A stretch of DNA of 32,000 nt from Zygophlyctis sp. KS116 (Eukaryota; Fungi; Chytridiomycota), in contig BAAFSQ010000053.1 in assembly GCA_054661495.1 (NCBI GenBank), positions 1-32,000 of the forward strand, in the 5' to 3' direction. A program made the position numbers and the translations under genes. The notes beneath the pieces are model-generated. The model did not search any database. It was not told the DNA's origin and worked only from the letters and a program-made list of their open reading frames with translations. Positions 1 to 10,989 of this stretch are shown piece by piece; within the stretch, counting starts at the first letter, position 1; every line of letters starts with the position of its first letter.

Positions 1-78
1 AATAGCCTTTCTTAACCCTCCTTGAGTGATTCCATAATCTTTCAATTCAGCATCAGTCAAAGCCAAATCACCAGTGGA
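1..78 (-). CDS. Partial SAM-like domain fragment running off the window edge (possibly a relic)
   Basis: Minus strand reads TSTGDLALTDAELKDYGITQGGLRKAI, a SAM-domain-like LTDxELKxxGI..G.RKAI pattern. There is an in-frame stop just upstream and no start codon was found. Confidence 0.35.
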
Positions 79-397
79 TGTCCGATCTTTTTATTATCCA
101 TCGTCTTATCATATTTATGATCATCTTTAAATGTAAAAAATCAATATTCCATCCAGTCTTGCTATAATTATCTATCATGGCGAGTAAGATCTTTCTTTAA
201 AGAATGATATTTAAAAAAACCATCATTCAACAATTAGGGGCAAAAGTTCGAGGAGACATGATTGTTTAATGAGATGAGAATAAAAATTAGCTCATCTCTC
301 CTTTCCTTAATTTAAATTGATTTAGTTCATGGTTGCAATTGTTGCAAAATAAAATCGGACAAATCAAAATTGCAGTCACCTAAGCGTTTAAAGGTTG

Positions 398-2812
398 ATG
401 ATCTTATCAGCTACTCTTCTTGCCATTGGATGCATCATCATACATGGAACTCAAGCAGTTGCTGCAACTGGATTGATTCATTTTGCAAATCCAAAGGTAT
501 ATGCAGCCGCAGGATTCTGGCTTTGGAACAAACGTAATCATTGGTTAATGAATCCATCGCAATATAAGCTTTCTTTTCTGAATGGTCTTATCGGTGGATC
601 TGCATCGGCCGATCAGGAAATCAGACGACGGATCCAAAATGGCTATTTAGATAACGAGGCTGCATTATACACAGTTGAGAGATTTCAGGATTTGGTTATT
701 TATCTGATTCAACACAATTATTTGGATCCGGAAGAAGTTGTAAAAAAGTGTCTATTCTATTCAAATTATAAGCTGATGAATAATGTTTTGAAAAAGTTTC
801 CTCTCAAGAATTTATTAAATATGGTAATATATGTTCATAAGCATATGCTGTGGAACATTATGGATAATTTATTGGCTTACATGAGTCACAATAATGCAGA
901 TCTCGAATTTTTACTGTCAAATTCCTCATATGATGGTTTAAGTACTTATTTGATAAAGATTGGGAAAATTAAACCTGATTTCGACACTTTACAGTTGGCG
1001 GCTAAATTAGGGAATTTATATGTCGTAAAGAACATTGTAGAAAAGCTTTCGACTCAAAAACCAAACTATCAAACTTTAGTATTGGCTGCAGAATCAGGAA
1101 ATATTCAACTTGTTCGATACTTGTGTGAAAATCACTTGATTGAACCAGAAGTAAATGCATTAAGTAGTGCATCAAGTCACGATATTGTCAAATATTTGAT
1201 AGAAATTTTAGGAGTGCCGCTTTATGATGGATGCTTACATGCGGTTTGTGAAAAAGGACTTGTTGAATCAGTAAAGTATATTCTTGAAGATTGGCGTTTG
1301 GTACCAAATTTTGATATTGTAACTGTATCAGCGAAAAGTGGAAATGTAAAATTACTAAAATACTTGATAGAAGATAAGGGATTTAAAGAAAGTAGTGCAG
1401 CATTAGAAGTTGCAGCAATTAACGGTCGCTTGGAGCTATTCAAGTACCTTTTGATTGATAGAAAAGTTGAAATATCTCCAGAAATTCTTATTTCAGCTTG
1501 TCATTCAGGCACTCTTGAGATGCTCAAATACTTGATAGATGGATTGGATTACTTGCCCAACTCTAAAAGCTTACAAGCTATCATAGAAAGTGGATCATTT
1601 GAAGGATTTATTTACTGGATCAACCTACCAAACACAAACTTTTCTGTAAATAGTTTGAATTCTGCGTGTATTGGGGGAGATGTGACGATTTTGAATTATC
1701 TGATTGAAACTTTTGATCTGAAGCCTGATGTATCTTGCCTGAATGAAGCATTAAAAAGGGGCCATGGAGATATTTTTCTATATTTTCTGAAAATGTATGA
1801 TTCAATGTTTCTACAAGTAAATTCTGCAACAGTGCTTGCTGCTATTGAAGGTCAGAATCCAGATATAGTCAAATGTCTTTTGCCTCACATCAATCAGAAA
1901 TACGATGAAGATAATCCGATAGCTATCATTTGTAATAATTTAGTAGATGGTTCATTCAGGAGAATCATCAGTGAATTTGATGTCTCTAAAGACGGCAATA
2001 GTGAAAAAGATGATGAAAGTCTTTATACGCAATCTTCAATATCTACTGAATTTGATTCGAATATGAAAAATCCAAACATTGAAGATGCATCTTTGAAAAT
2101 TGTTGATGATTATACAAACCATGGTCACAGTAGCTGGTTTAAAAGAATATTAAAGAGAAGGAGGAGTCATTTACTGTTGAAGAAACCTCTAATTATTGAT
2201 AGATGGAAATCTCTGGCTGATGATCAAATAACTACTGATGATTCAGGACAAGATACTCTTCAAAAGGGAGATTTTGTTAATATTGATAATTCGATAATGA
2301 TTGAGAGAAATCCAATTAAAATTGATGATAAAGCTCTCAGAATGGCGTTCACAAAAGGAAATCCTGAAATTGTAGATCATTTATGTCATTTCAATGATAA
2401 CTACCTTCAATTTCAAGATATACCATACCTACTCGGAAATATGGATTTAGTAAAGTACTTGATTGATAGAAAAAATATTGAACCCAAACATTATCATCTA
2501 AAGCTGGCTGCTGCCTCTGGAAATGTCGAACTTTTAAAATATCTTGTTTTGGAGAAAAAATTAAGTCCTCATCCAGATTCATTTGATTTTGCTGCTATTT
2601 GTGGAAAATTCAATATTATTTTGTATACTGTAGGAAAGAAATACTTTCAAGTGGATAATTTACTACTTTATTTAGCTAATCAAAGTCAAAATCAAGGATT
2701 GATTAAATTTCTATCTACTTATGAACCTCAAATTCTTGGCACGGTCGAATACTTTAGCCGAAGAGCTGCAGCAGTTTCTTTTAGACATTCAAGAATTTCT
2801 GAATCTTTGTAA
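398..2812 (+). CDS. Ankyrin-repeat protein, intronless, about 804 aa
   Basis: Many degenerate ankyrin units (LAAKLGNLYVVK, LAAESGNIQLVRYL, SAKSGNVKLLKYL, AAINGRLELFKYL, AAASGNVELLKYL) around a central low-complexity spacer. ATG at 398. Confidence 0.85.
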   Translation: MILSATLLAIGCIIIHGTQAVAATGLIHFANPKVYAAAGFWLWNKRNHWLMNPSQYKLSFLNGLIGGSASADQEIRRRIQNGYLDNEAALYTVERFQDLVIYLIQHNYLDPEEVVKKCLFYSNYKLMNNVLKKFPLKNLLNMVIYVHKHMLWNIMDNLLAYMSHNNADLEFLLSNSSYDGLSTYLIKIGKIKPDFDTLQLAAKLGNLYVVKNIVEKLSTQKPNYQTLVLAAESGNIQLVRYLCENHLIEPEVNALSSASSHDIVKYLIEILGVPLYDGCLHAVCEKGLVESVKYILEDWRLVPNFDIVTVSAKSGNVKLLKYLIEDKGFKESSAALEVAAINGRLELFKYLLIDRKVEISPEILISACHSGTLEMLKYLIDGLDYLPNSKSLQAIIESGSFEGFIYWINLPNTNFSVNSLNSACIGGDVTILNYLIETFDLKPDVSCLNEALKRGHGDIFLYFLKMYDSMFLQVNSATVLAAIEGQNPDIVKCLLPHINQKYDEDNPIAIICNNLVDGSFRRIISEFDVSKDGNSEKDDESLYTQSSISTEFDSNMKNPNIEDASLKIVDDYTNHGHSSWFKRILKRRRSHLLLKKPLIIDRWKSLADDQITTDDSGQDTLQKGDFVNIDNSIMIERNPIKIDDKALRMAFTKGNPEIVDHLCHFNDNYLQFQDIPYLLGNMDLVKYLIDRKNIEPKHYHLKLAAASGNVELLKYLVLEKKLSPHPDSFDFAAICGKFNIILYTVGKKYFQVDNLLLYLANQSQNQGLIKFLSTYEPQILGTVEYFSRRAAAVSFRHSRISESL

Positions 2813-3126
2813 TTGTTTCTTTTTTAACAATCTAGATGCTTGGAATGATCCTGTAATTCATAATAAGATCAGTTTTGCATGCTTTTAGTTTTTACTAATA
2901 CTCTTGATGTCCGAATGAGTAACCCTAAGAGTTTTCAGTGTCCAGTGCATGATTGAATACCGATGCATCAAATGCCAATTGTAAAAAATGAATGTAAAAT
3001 CAATTGTAAGAGAGATTCATACAAGTTAAGTTAAAAATGGTGGGTAAAATGATTACACGATCAAAGAAACCCCGACTCGGACCGACCGATTGCACGCCGC
3101 AAATTAATTCTTTTTTTTAAATTAAA

Positions 3127-5748
3127 ATGTTTGTCTTTAAAAGAGGTATTGTCCATGTCTGACATTAGATGGAAGAAGAGAAAGAGTAGCGTTTGATAAA
3201 ATCACTAGCAGAATTGCAAAGTTGGGCTATGGGCTCGATATGAATTTTGTAGATCCTGCGGAAATTGCTCAGAAAGTAATTCAAGGCGTTTATCAGGGAG
3301 TTACGACGGTTGAGTTGGATAACTTGGCTGCGGAAACGGCTGCTTATCTGACAACTAAACATCCAGACTATGCTATTCTAGCGGCTAGAATCGCAGTCTC
3401 TAATCTCCACAAGGAGACTAAAAAAGTATTTTCTGCTGTAATGGAGGATCTCTTTGCTTATGTTCATCCAAAAACAGGTATTTTAGTATGAATTAACTAT
3501 AGGGAAACACTCTCCAATGATTTCAAACGAAACTATGGGGCATGTAAGATCTAATGCTGAAAGATTAAATTCTGCTATTATATATGATCGGGATTTCAAT
3601 TATAATTTCTTTGGATTTAAGACTCTAGAACGCGCATACCTACTGAAAATAAATAATAGACCAGCTGAAAGACCTCAGCATATGTTGATGAGAGTGGCTG
3701 TGGGTATACATGGTGGAGATGTGGAATCAGTCATCAATACTTATCATTTAATGTCTGAAAAGTATTTTACTCATGCTTCTCCTACTCTTTTTAATGCTGG
3801 AACTCCAAGGCCTCAATTATCTTCTTGTTTTTTGTTGACAATTAAGGATGATAGTATTGAAGGGATTTATGAAACTTTAAAGACTTGTGCAATGATTTCA
3901 AAGACTGCAGGAGGGATTGGTTTGAATATTCACAAAATTAGATCTGTTGGATCTTATATTGCTGGTACTAATGGTTATTCAAATGGGATTATTCCAATGT
4001 TGAGAGTATTTAATAATACCGCGCGTTATGTTGATCAAGGTGATTTTTGTTTTTTAAGACTTAGGTGGTAATAAGCGTCCTGGTGCTTTTGCAATGTATT
4101 TGGAGCCTTGGCATGCAGATATTTTCGAGGTATTATTTGCAAGTTTTATGGTAGTTTTTAGATTTGAAGAAAAATACTGGAAAGGAAGAGCAGCGTGCAA
4201 GAGATCTCTTTTATGCTCTATGGGTATACATTTTAATTTTATTTCTAGATTCCTGATTTATTCATGAAGAGAGTAGAAGAGAATGGAGATTGGACACTTT
4301 TCGATCCTTCTGAAGCACCAGATTTAGATGAATGTTGGGGTGAGAAGTTTGAGGTAAGTTTTTTTAGTTAATAACTTAGGACTTGTATATGAGTTATGAA
4401 CGTAAGGGACTTGGTAAAAAAGTTGTCAAGGCTCAAAAGTTGTGGTACAGTATAATCGAGGCTCAGACTGAAACTGGTACCCCTTATATGCTGTATAAAG
4501 ATGCATGTAATCGTAAATCCAATCAGCAAAATTTGGGAACGATTAAATGCAGTAATTTGTGTACAGAAATTGTAGAATATTCTTCTCCAGATGAAGTAGC
4601 TGTATGTAATTTGGCTTCCCTATCTTTGCCTGCTTTTGTTATTAAAGAAGAAGGTGAAACAAAGTTTGATTTTGTCAAATTTAAGGAGGTATTTTGCAAG
4701 GCCGTTTAATTTTAGGTTGTAAAGACTGTAACTAAAAATTTGAACAAAATAATTGACATCAACTATTATCCAGTCCCAGAATCCCGCCGCTCTAATATGC
4801 GCCATCGACCAATTGGAATGGGCGTTCAAGGATTGGCTGATACTTTCATGAAAATGCGGTATCCATTCGATTCCCCAGAGGCGCAAAAGCTGAACTCTCT
4901 TATATTTGAAACAATGTATTTCGCAGGATTAGAAGCATCATGCGAATTGGCTCAAAAAGAAGGTCCCTATGAAACTTATGAGGGCTCCCCAGTATCAAAA
5001 GGGATTCTTCAACCTGACATGTGGAATGTGACACCTTCTGATATGTGGGATTGGGACTCTCTACGTGCGCAGATTGCTGAACACGGTGTACGAAATTCAC
5101 TTTTGGTCGCTCCAATGCCAACTGCGTCAACCTCTCAAATTCTTGGTAATAATGAATGCTTTGAGCCATACACCAGTAATATATATACTAGAAGAGTTTT
5201 ATCTGGAGAATTCCAAATTGTAAATCCCCATTTGCTCAAGGAATTGACTGACCTTAATTTGTGGACCGAGTCAATGAAGAACCGTATAATTGCAGAAAAT
5301 GGATCAATTCAGCGAATTTCTAGTATTCCTGATGACATCAAAGCCATTTACCGAACTGTATGGGAAATCTCACAGGTAAATATTTTAATTTTAAAACCAG
5401 AAAAATATTATTGATATGGCTGCTGATCGTGGGGCATTTATTGGTAAAATTATAAAATTCTAATAGCAAGATCAATCACAATCCCTTAATATTCATATGG
5501 GAGACCCTAATTATGGTAAACTAACTTCCATGCACTTTTATGGATGGAAAAAAGGTTTAAAGACTGGAATGTACTATCTCCGCACTCGTCCTGCAGTTGA
5601 CGCGATCAAGTTTACCGTTGACCAGACTGCTTTAGCCAAAGATCTTGAGCAAGAAGCCGAAGATGATGCAGCGAATATGGAAAGAAATATGGCTGCTTTG
5701 TCCTGTTCTTTAGATAACCCAGATGCCTGTCTGATGTGTTCGGGTTAG
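3127..5748 (+). CDS. RNR1: Ribonucleoside-diphosphate reductase large subunit (class Ia)
   Basis: ATP cone [56 protein letters not shown] and C-terminal CLMCSG. Nine introns restore the frame: 3146-3168, 3478-3502, 4040-4064, 4130-4154, 4224-4248, 4354-4379, 4689-4715, 5376-5400, 5444-5470. Confidence 0.98.
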
Positions 5749-5764
5749 CAACCTAATTGAATAT

Positions 5765-6698
5765 ATGCAAAGTTTCAAGATTGATTTTGAGCCTTTTTTG
5801 GGTCGACATGCAGTTGCTACTGAGGACATATTTCCCAACCAAGTAGTTTTAACAACCAATGCATTCTCATGGTCCATTGCAGATTCCTTCAAGAAGAAAC
5901 TATGTGCAAAGTGTTTGTCAGTATCTCCAACATTCTACACAATCAAATGCAACTGCGATCAGACATATTATTGCTCAGATGAATGCTTTGAAAGGCATGA
6001 TGAAATATGCCAGATTCTCAGAAAATTAGCGACACTCAAGAGTCCATCCGATTATAAGAATGTGGTTAAATTGCTCATAAAGACGCTATACCGGCTGTCT
6101 CATCTAGATCCAAATATGCATCTTGAAGGCTATAACCATCCTAGAAATCTACAGTCTCATTATGACGAGTGGCCAGAGAAGGATCAAAAGGATTGGAATA
6201 AAATGAAGAAATTTATTTTGCCATTATTAGATCAGGCACATATGGAATCTGATCCTTTGGAAATAATGCATTGGGTGTCGAAAATAGAGAGTAATGGGTT
6301 TGGTTTATGGGGAATTGGAAAAGATATTTGTATGGGCAGAGCGATTTTCCCTGAAGCCAGTTATTTTAATCATTCTTGTAAACCCAATTGTACAAGTGAA
6401 CAAGAAGGAACAACTCTTCGGATAGTAGCTCTAGAAAAGATTCCAAAAGGTGAAAACTATACACTTATCTCTAGGTTCACAACTATTTATATCATATATT
6501 GATACTAATTTTCCATACCAATCACGGAGACTAAAGCTATTGCAAGATTATTTCTTTAATTGTATTTGTGATAAATGTGAATTTGAAAGAATTCATGGTC
6601 ATTCTAAAATATCATACCCAGAGAGTACCAAGAAAAAGCCAAGAAATAAGAACAAAAATAGGAGATTGCATCAAGAAATAGAAATTATAGCAAATTAA
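5765..6698 (+). CDS. SET and MYND domain lysine methyltransferase (SMYD/Set6-like)
   Basis: GRHAVAT pre-SET motif, MYND-like CAKC..C.CDQTYYCSDEC, YFNHSCKPNC, ISYID and YFFNCICDKC post-SET. One 25-nt intron at 6450-6474 joins the two ORFs. Confidence 0.9.
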
Positions 6699-6920
6699 AA
6701 ACATCAATTTAGTTTTTATTATGAATCTTGCATAATTTCAGATCGTCCGAAATAAACTAGATTATTATTTTTTCTTATTATTAAGATTCACCAACAGAGG
6801 GAGGTATAAACAAGAAAAGAGTATTTAGTATTAATACTTTAATCCCAGATCTAATAGATTGTTTCAATCATAAATAGATCGGACATGCAGAAGTATTTGC
6901 GTGTCGCTTTCACTCGGTAA

Positions 6921-8219
6921 ATGACATTTGACTATCAGCAACAACAGTCCTCCAAGTCTTTCTCGTCTCTGATATGGTTTCATCTCTATGATTCTGACAC
7001 AGGCCTTCCATACAAGGGGACTACTGCTACTTCCGTTTCTCTTCCTCCAAAAACTGTGATTGACCAGTTTAGAAAGGCTGTCAAAGCTGAGTACTCTGAT
7101 AGCCATCTGAAAGGTATTAGTCCTTCTGATCTCCTGGTATTTCAGAACAAGCAATCATTTGATAAGAGAGATGCTGCTGTAGAAAAGGTAATTTATTAGA
7201 ATCTTATCATAGGGATTTCCACTTGATGAAGATTCTCCTGTGGATGGTCTTGGAAAGTCAAAACGGGATGCTCTGATTGTTGTTGTTCGAGCTACAAACG
7301 CTTCCAATTTAGATTTCATCTCTATTCCTGATAAGTTGAAGCAGCTAGGAGTTGATTTCAGCATCAGAGATATCAACTATCTCCTCAACAATGATACGGC
7401 AAAGTATTCATTACTCAAATCACCTCAGTTGTTACCAGATGAAGCCCGTAAAATTCTGAGCCTTGCTAAATCAAAAATAAATCTGAAACCCGTGCAACGA
7501 TTGGGCAACATCATTCCTTTTTCTTGGATGGTTCTCTGAATGTCGGTCAAGGACAGGCCAAGTCATCACTGTATTATGCATTTTCAGAATCGGGTGTAGT
7601 TTTAGTCGCCAAAGTTTATCTCGGAAACAAAGAATGCTTTTTACGGGAAGTTGAGATCAATCAGACTCTAGAACACAAGAACCTTGTTAAGTTTGTCAAG
7701 ACTTTTTCTATTCATTCGCGCCATGTCATCATTATGCCTTTTTTCCCTCGCAGTGTTGCAGATTGGCTCAATCAGGATCCCAAAATACCATTCCCCGCTG
7801 TCAAAATCATTGCCCAAAGTTGTTATGATGCGCTTTGTTATTTGCATTCCAAAAGTTTTTGTTTTGTGGATTTGAAGCCTTCCAACATCATGCTACAGAA
7901 TAATGAACCCAGTTATGCCATATTGGTGGATTATGGTGCAACAGTTCAAATTGGTGACCCTGTCATTGAATTTACAGAGTCTTATTGTTTGGATGCTGAT
8001 AAATCTACAGCTAATCAAAATTTGGACTGGATTTGCCTTGGGGCAACGCTCGCTCAGATTGTGGGTTTTAATATATCATGCATTAAGAGGGCTGCTGACC
8101 TTGTAGATGAAGTCAATCGTAGTACTAAAGATGAATATTTGAAGAAACTCATTGTGTCATGTCTTCAGACCCCTTCTTCATCAAAAATTGAATCTGCCTT
8201 AAAAGAGCTTATAGCTTGA
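6921..8219 (+). pseudogene. Crinkler (CRN)-type N-terminal header fused to a Ser/Thr kinase, with one frameshift
   Basis: CRN-like header IWFHLYDSDTGLPYKGTTATSV..IDQFRKAVKAE..SDLLVF..LDEDSPVDGLGKSKRDALIVVV. Intron at 7188-7212. Kinase motifs VAKV, VDLKPSN and VDYG. A -1 shift is needed within 7470-7539, which contains no AG acceptor. Confidence 0.75.
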
Positions 8220-8367
8220 CAATATCAGCAAAGGAAATGAAATAGCGAAGGCTTTTAAACACAGCCGTTTCCCGCACCGTAATAGTACAAAACATTCCAT
8301 CAATAGATTTTCAAAATCCCAGACCGTATCTTATAGCATTAGCAATGTGAATTTCCCCCTCTCATAA

Positions 8368-8676
8368 TTAATTCAAGCAGTCCGCTACGGTTCCCCGTCC
8401 GATTTGATCACCAGCAAATGGCCTATTAAGCGATAAGGTATTTTTATCTATATCTTCTTTCAAGAACCGAAGTGGAAATAAATTTCCCGTCAAAGAGGAA
8501 ATCTCAGTGACAAACTTACCGATTGCAAAGTCAATATCTCTTGATTCCATATAAAGATCTAGAATAAATGCTAAAAATCGAGGTCTTCCATGGCATAATT
8601 CAAAAGCTGATAATCTAGAGACGATCTCGTTAGCTTCTTGTATCTGATGCTCTTCAAGAAATTGAGTTGCAGACAT
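8368..8676 (-). pseudogene. Gene fragment, possibly the helical region after an NTPase domain of a CRN-like protein
   Basis: A 102-aa ORF with LCHGRPRFLAFILD. No Walker A motif or N-terminus is visible. The family call rests on motif resemblance only. Confidence 0.35.
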
Positions 8677-8913
8677 TATACTATAATTAGTTCGTCAAAT
8701 AAGACAGATATCAATTCTCAAAATCTGGACGGTTCAAAATAATTACTTAATTTTCAATTCAAGAATTTCAATTTATTGGCGGTTAGCATTGTTGTGATAA
8801 CGTCACTTGCGTACCAGTGTATTGACTATTTATCAAAACTTGGTATTTCTTACACGACCATTCCACATCTTGCAGTAAAGGTACCATTTAAACCAGGATT
8901 ATTTGTAACCCGA

Positions 8914-9145
8914 CTGTAATTTTAAATTTAGAAAATAATTACAGTTCATGCAAATTTATCAAATTCCCAATCGTAGCAGGGATTGAACCTGAGAGTCTAT
9001 TGTTGGAAAAATCACTTGAATTTTAAATTTAGAAAATGATTACAGCCAAGTCAAATTTATCAAATTTCCAATTGATGTAGGAATCGAACCTGACAGATGA
9101 TTGTTATGAAGCCAGCTATGAATTTTAATTTAGGAAAATAGTTAC
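8914..9145 (-). repeat. 101-bp tandem unit made of a 72-nt LRR exon plus a 29-30-nt intron
   Basis: Exons 8943-9014 and 9044-9115 are each 72 nt (24 aa). The three flanking introns are similar to each other (gtaa..attttc.aaatt.aaaatt..ag). Confidence 0.9.
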
Positions 9146-9205
9146 AGATATTGCAAATTTATCAATTTTCTAATTTCTACAGGAATTGTGCCTGAAAGAC
9201 CTTTA

Positions 9206-10300
9206 CTAGTCCAATCAATCTTAGTAACGTTGGCTATAGTAGAATCACAAGTTATGCCAGACATGGGCATAGTACAACAACTGTTATCAGAAGGTGAGAT
9301 CCCTGTAGGAATAGCTTTGCCCATTCTGGTCCATGATGCAAGAATCCAACAGCATTGGTGCGAAGCAGAAGTGCACGAAAAGCAACTAGTAGAACTACTC
9401 GACCCAGGAGGAGAGTATTGACCTTTTGGACAACGTATGCATTTGCCGGTAGAGAAAGAGTAAAATCGACCTGCAGGACAGTTTATATTAACTGAAGTTC
9501 CAGTCACATTTCTATGCATTTAATAAGAAATAGTATTACATAACCATTATATCTAGTTGAGTGGTTGACGGCGTGAAAGATCCACTCAATTCAGGATTAT
9601 TGGAAACATCACTGTAATTTATAAGCTTTAAAACGTTACAGTTGATTCAAACTGTTCAACATTTTTAGCTGCTTAGGCATAGAATTAAAGAGATTTTTAC
9701 TAGTCCAATCAATCTTAGTAACATTGGCTATAGTAGGATCACAAGTTATGCCAGACATGGGCATAGTACAACAACTGTTATCTAAAGATGAGATCCCAGT
9801 AGGAATAGCTTTGCCCATTTCGGTCCATGATGCAAGAATCCAACAGCATTGGTGCGAAGCAGAAGTGCACGAAAAGCAGAGTATTGACCTTTTGGACAAC
9901 GTATGCATTTGCCGGTAGAGAAAGAGTAAAATCGACCTGCAGGACAGTTTATATTAACTGAAGTTCCAGTCACATTTCTATGCATTTAATAAGAAATAGT
10001 ATTACATAACCATTATATCTAGTTGAGTGGTTGACGGCGTGAAAGATCCACTCAATTCAGGATTATTGGAAACATCACTGTAAATTATAAGCTATAAAAA
10101 CGTTACAGTTGAGTCAAACTGTCCAACATTTGTAATTGGCTAGGCATAGAATTTAAGAGATTTTCATCTTTCCAATCAATCTTAGTAACTTTGGCTATAG
10201 TAGGATCACAAGTTATGCCAGACATGGGCATAGTACAACAACTGTTATCTAAAGATGAGATCCCTGTAGGAATAGCTTTGCCCATCGCTTGCCATGATTT
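9206..10300. repeat. Near-identical tandem repeat, unit about 494 bp (about 466 bp across the deletion), roughly 2.3 copies
   Basis: GTTATGCCAGACATGGGCATAGTACAACAACTGTTATC recurs at 9251, 9745 and 10212. The segment 9415-9640 is nearly identical to 9881-10107, introns included. Confidence 0.95.
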
Positions 10301-10458
10301 TACGGCCAAACAGCAGTGGTAGTAAGACTTTGTCGGATCGCAAGATCCCTGGGATTGCACTCCGGTGATGATTCTAGACAGAGCTAAAGCTAAGAGAGGC
10401 TTGATAATTTCTAGTTTCTTTATTTTTGAAAGAACAACTGGAAGTATTAATCTTCCTT

Positions 10459-10521
10459 ATGATACGTCATCAAAATATGACATTCTTATGATGCGTCATC
10501 ATCTTTCTTTAATGATACGTC
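10459..10521. promoter_or_regulatory. Three copies of a quasi-palindromic ATGATRCGTC(AT) motif upstream of the LRR gene
   Basis: ATGATACGTCAT at 10459, ATGATGCGTCAT at 10488 and ATGATACGTC at 10512. The CGTCA half-sites resemble bZIP/CRE sites. Confidence 0.4.
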
Positions 10522-10989
10522 TGTCTTCTTTACCACTGTGATCTATTTATAATATCTGACGAAAAGAGCATAATCCTATCGTACAAGAATTTTGCACAAA
10601 TGGCTAGTGCGTGTCTACGAGACTCTCATAAATTATAATTCAATAATTCAATAAATTTAAACATCTCATTCAATTTCAAATCTCCATTAGAACTGAGTGA
10701 ATAACAAAATACTAAAATATACAAAGTGGCCGCTACTTAATATACAACGTGAACATGCTTATTGTTGATCCATCCGTCATTTGTAAAGATCCATCAACTT
10801 GGCTAAACGGCCATCAGCAAAAACTCCAGTAAGAATACTCTGTGCATTACATAGTCAAGAGTGATATTGATATTAAATTAGAAATGATGAATCATTTAAT
10901 CCATGCTCTAGCTAAATGGATACCAAAACTAAGATGAAATTTTAATCTACCATATGAAAATTATTATTTTCCCTCTGAAAATACTAGAC

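Larger units (their letters stand above)
8783..10408 (-). pseudogene. Secreted-type plant-like LRR protein with LRR N-cap and Cys-rich (CPAG..CxxCPKGQYS) modules, disrupted
   Basis: Signal-like IIKPLLALALSRIITGVQSQ with no in-frame ATG. Three N-cap modules (SW..MGKAIP..SCCTMPMSGITC..VTKIDW) and LRRs such as LSGSIPTSIGNLINL. Eight phase-2 introns: 10078-10106, 9978-10005, 9612-9639, 9512-9539, 9116-9145, 9015-9043, 8914-8942, 8826-8853. Stop at 8783-8785 followed by AATAAA. A 28-nt deletion near 9878 shifts the frame. Confidence 0.75.

Noticed and set aside
3085-3104. E2F/MCB-like site in the RNR1 promoter (CACGCCGCAAA)
   Set aside because: It does not match TTTSSCGC or ACGCGT exactly and is a single weak instance.
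3127-5748. Fragmented ORFs suggesting pseudogenes, frameshifting or a non-standard genetic code
   Set aside because: Every break in the housekeeping genes is repaired by a 23-34-nt GT-AG intron under the standard code.
5746-5760. Stop-codon readthrough at RNR1 (TAG CAA)
   Set aside because: The context does not complete CARYYA, a TGA follows after three codons, and the SET gene is out of frame.
7428-7551. An intron repairing the CRN-kinase frameshift
   Set aside because: The candidate GT-AG spans (13, 17 and 60 nt) have the wrong phase, are too short, or run into the TAA at 7467.
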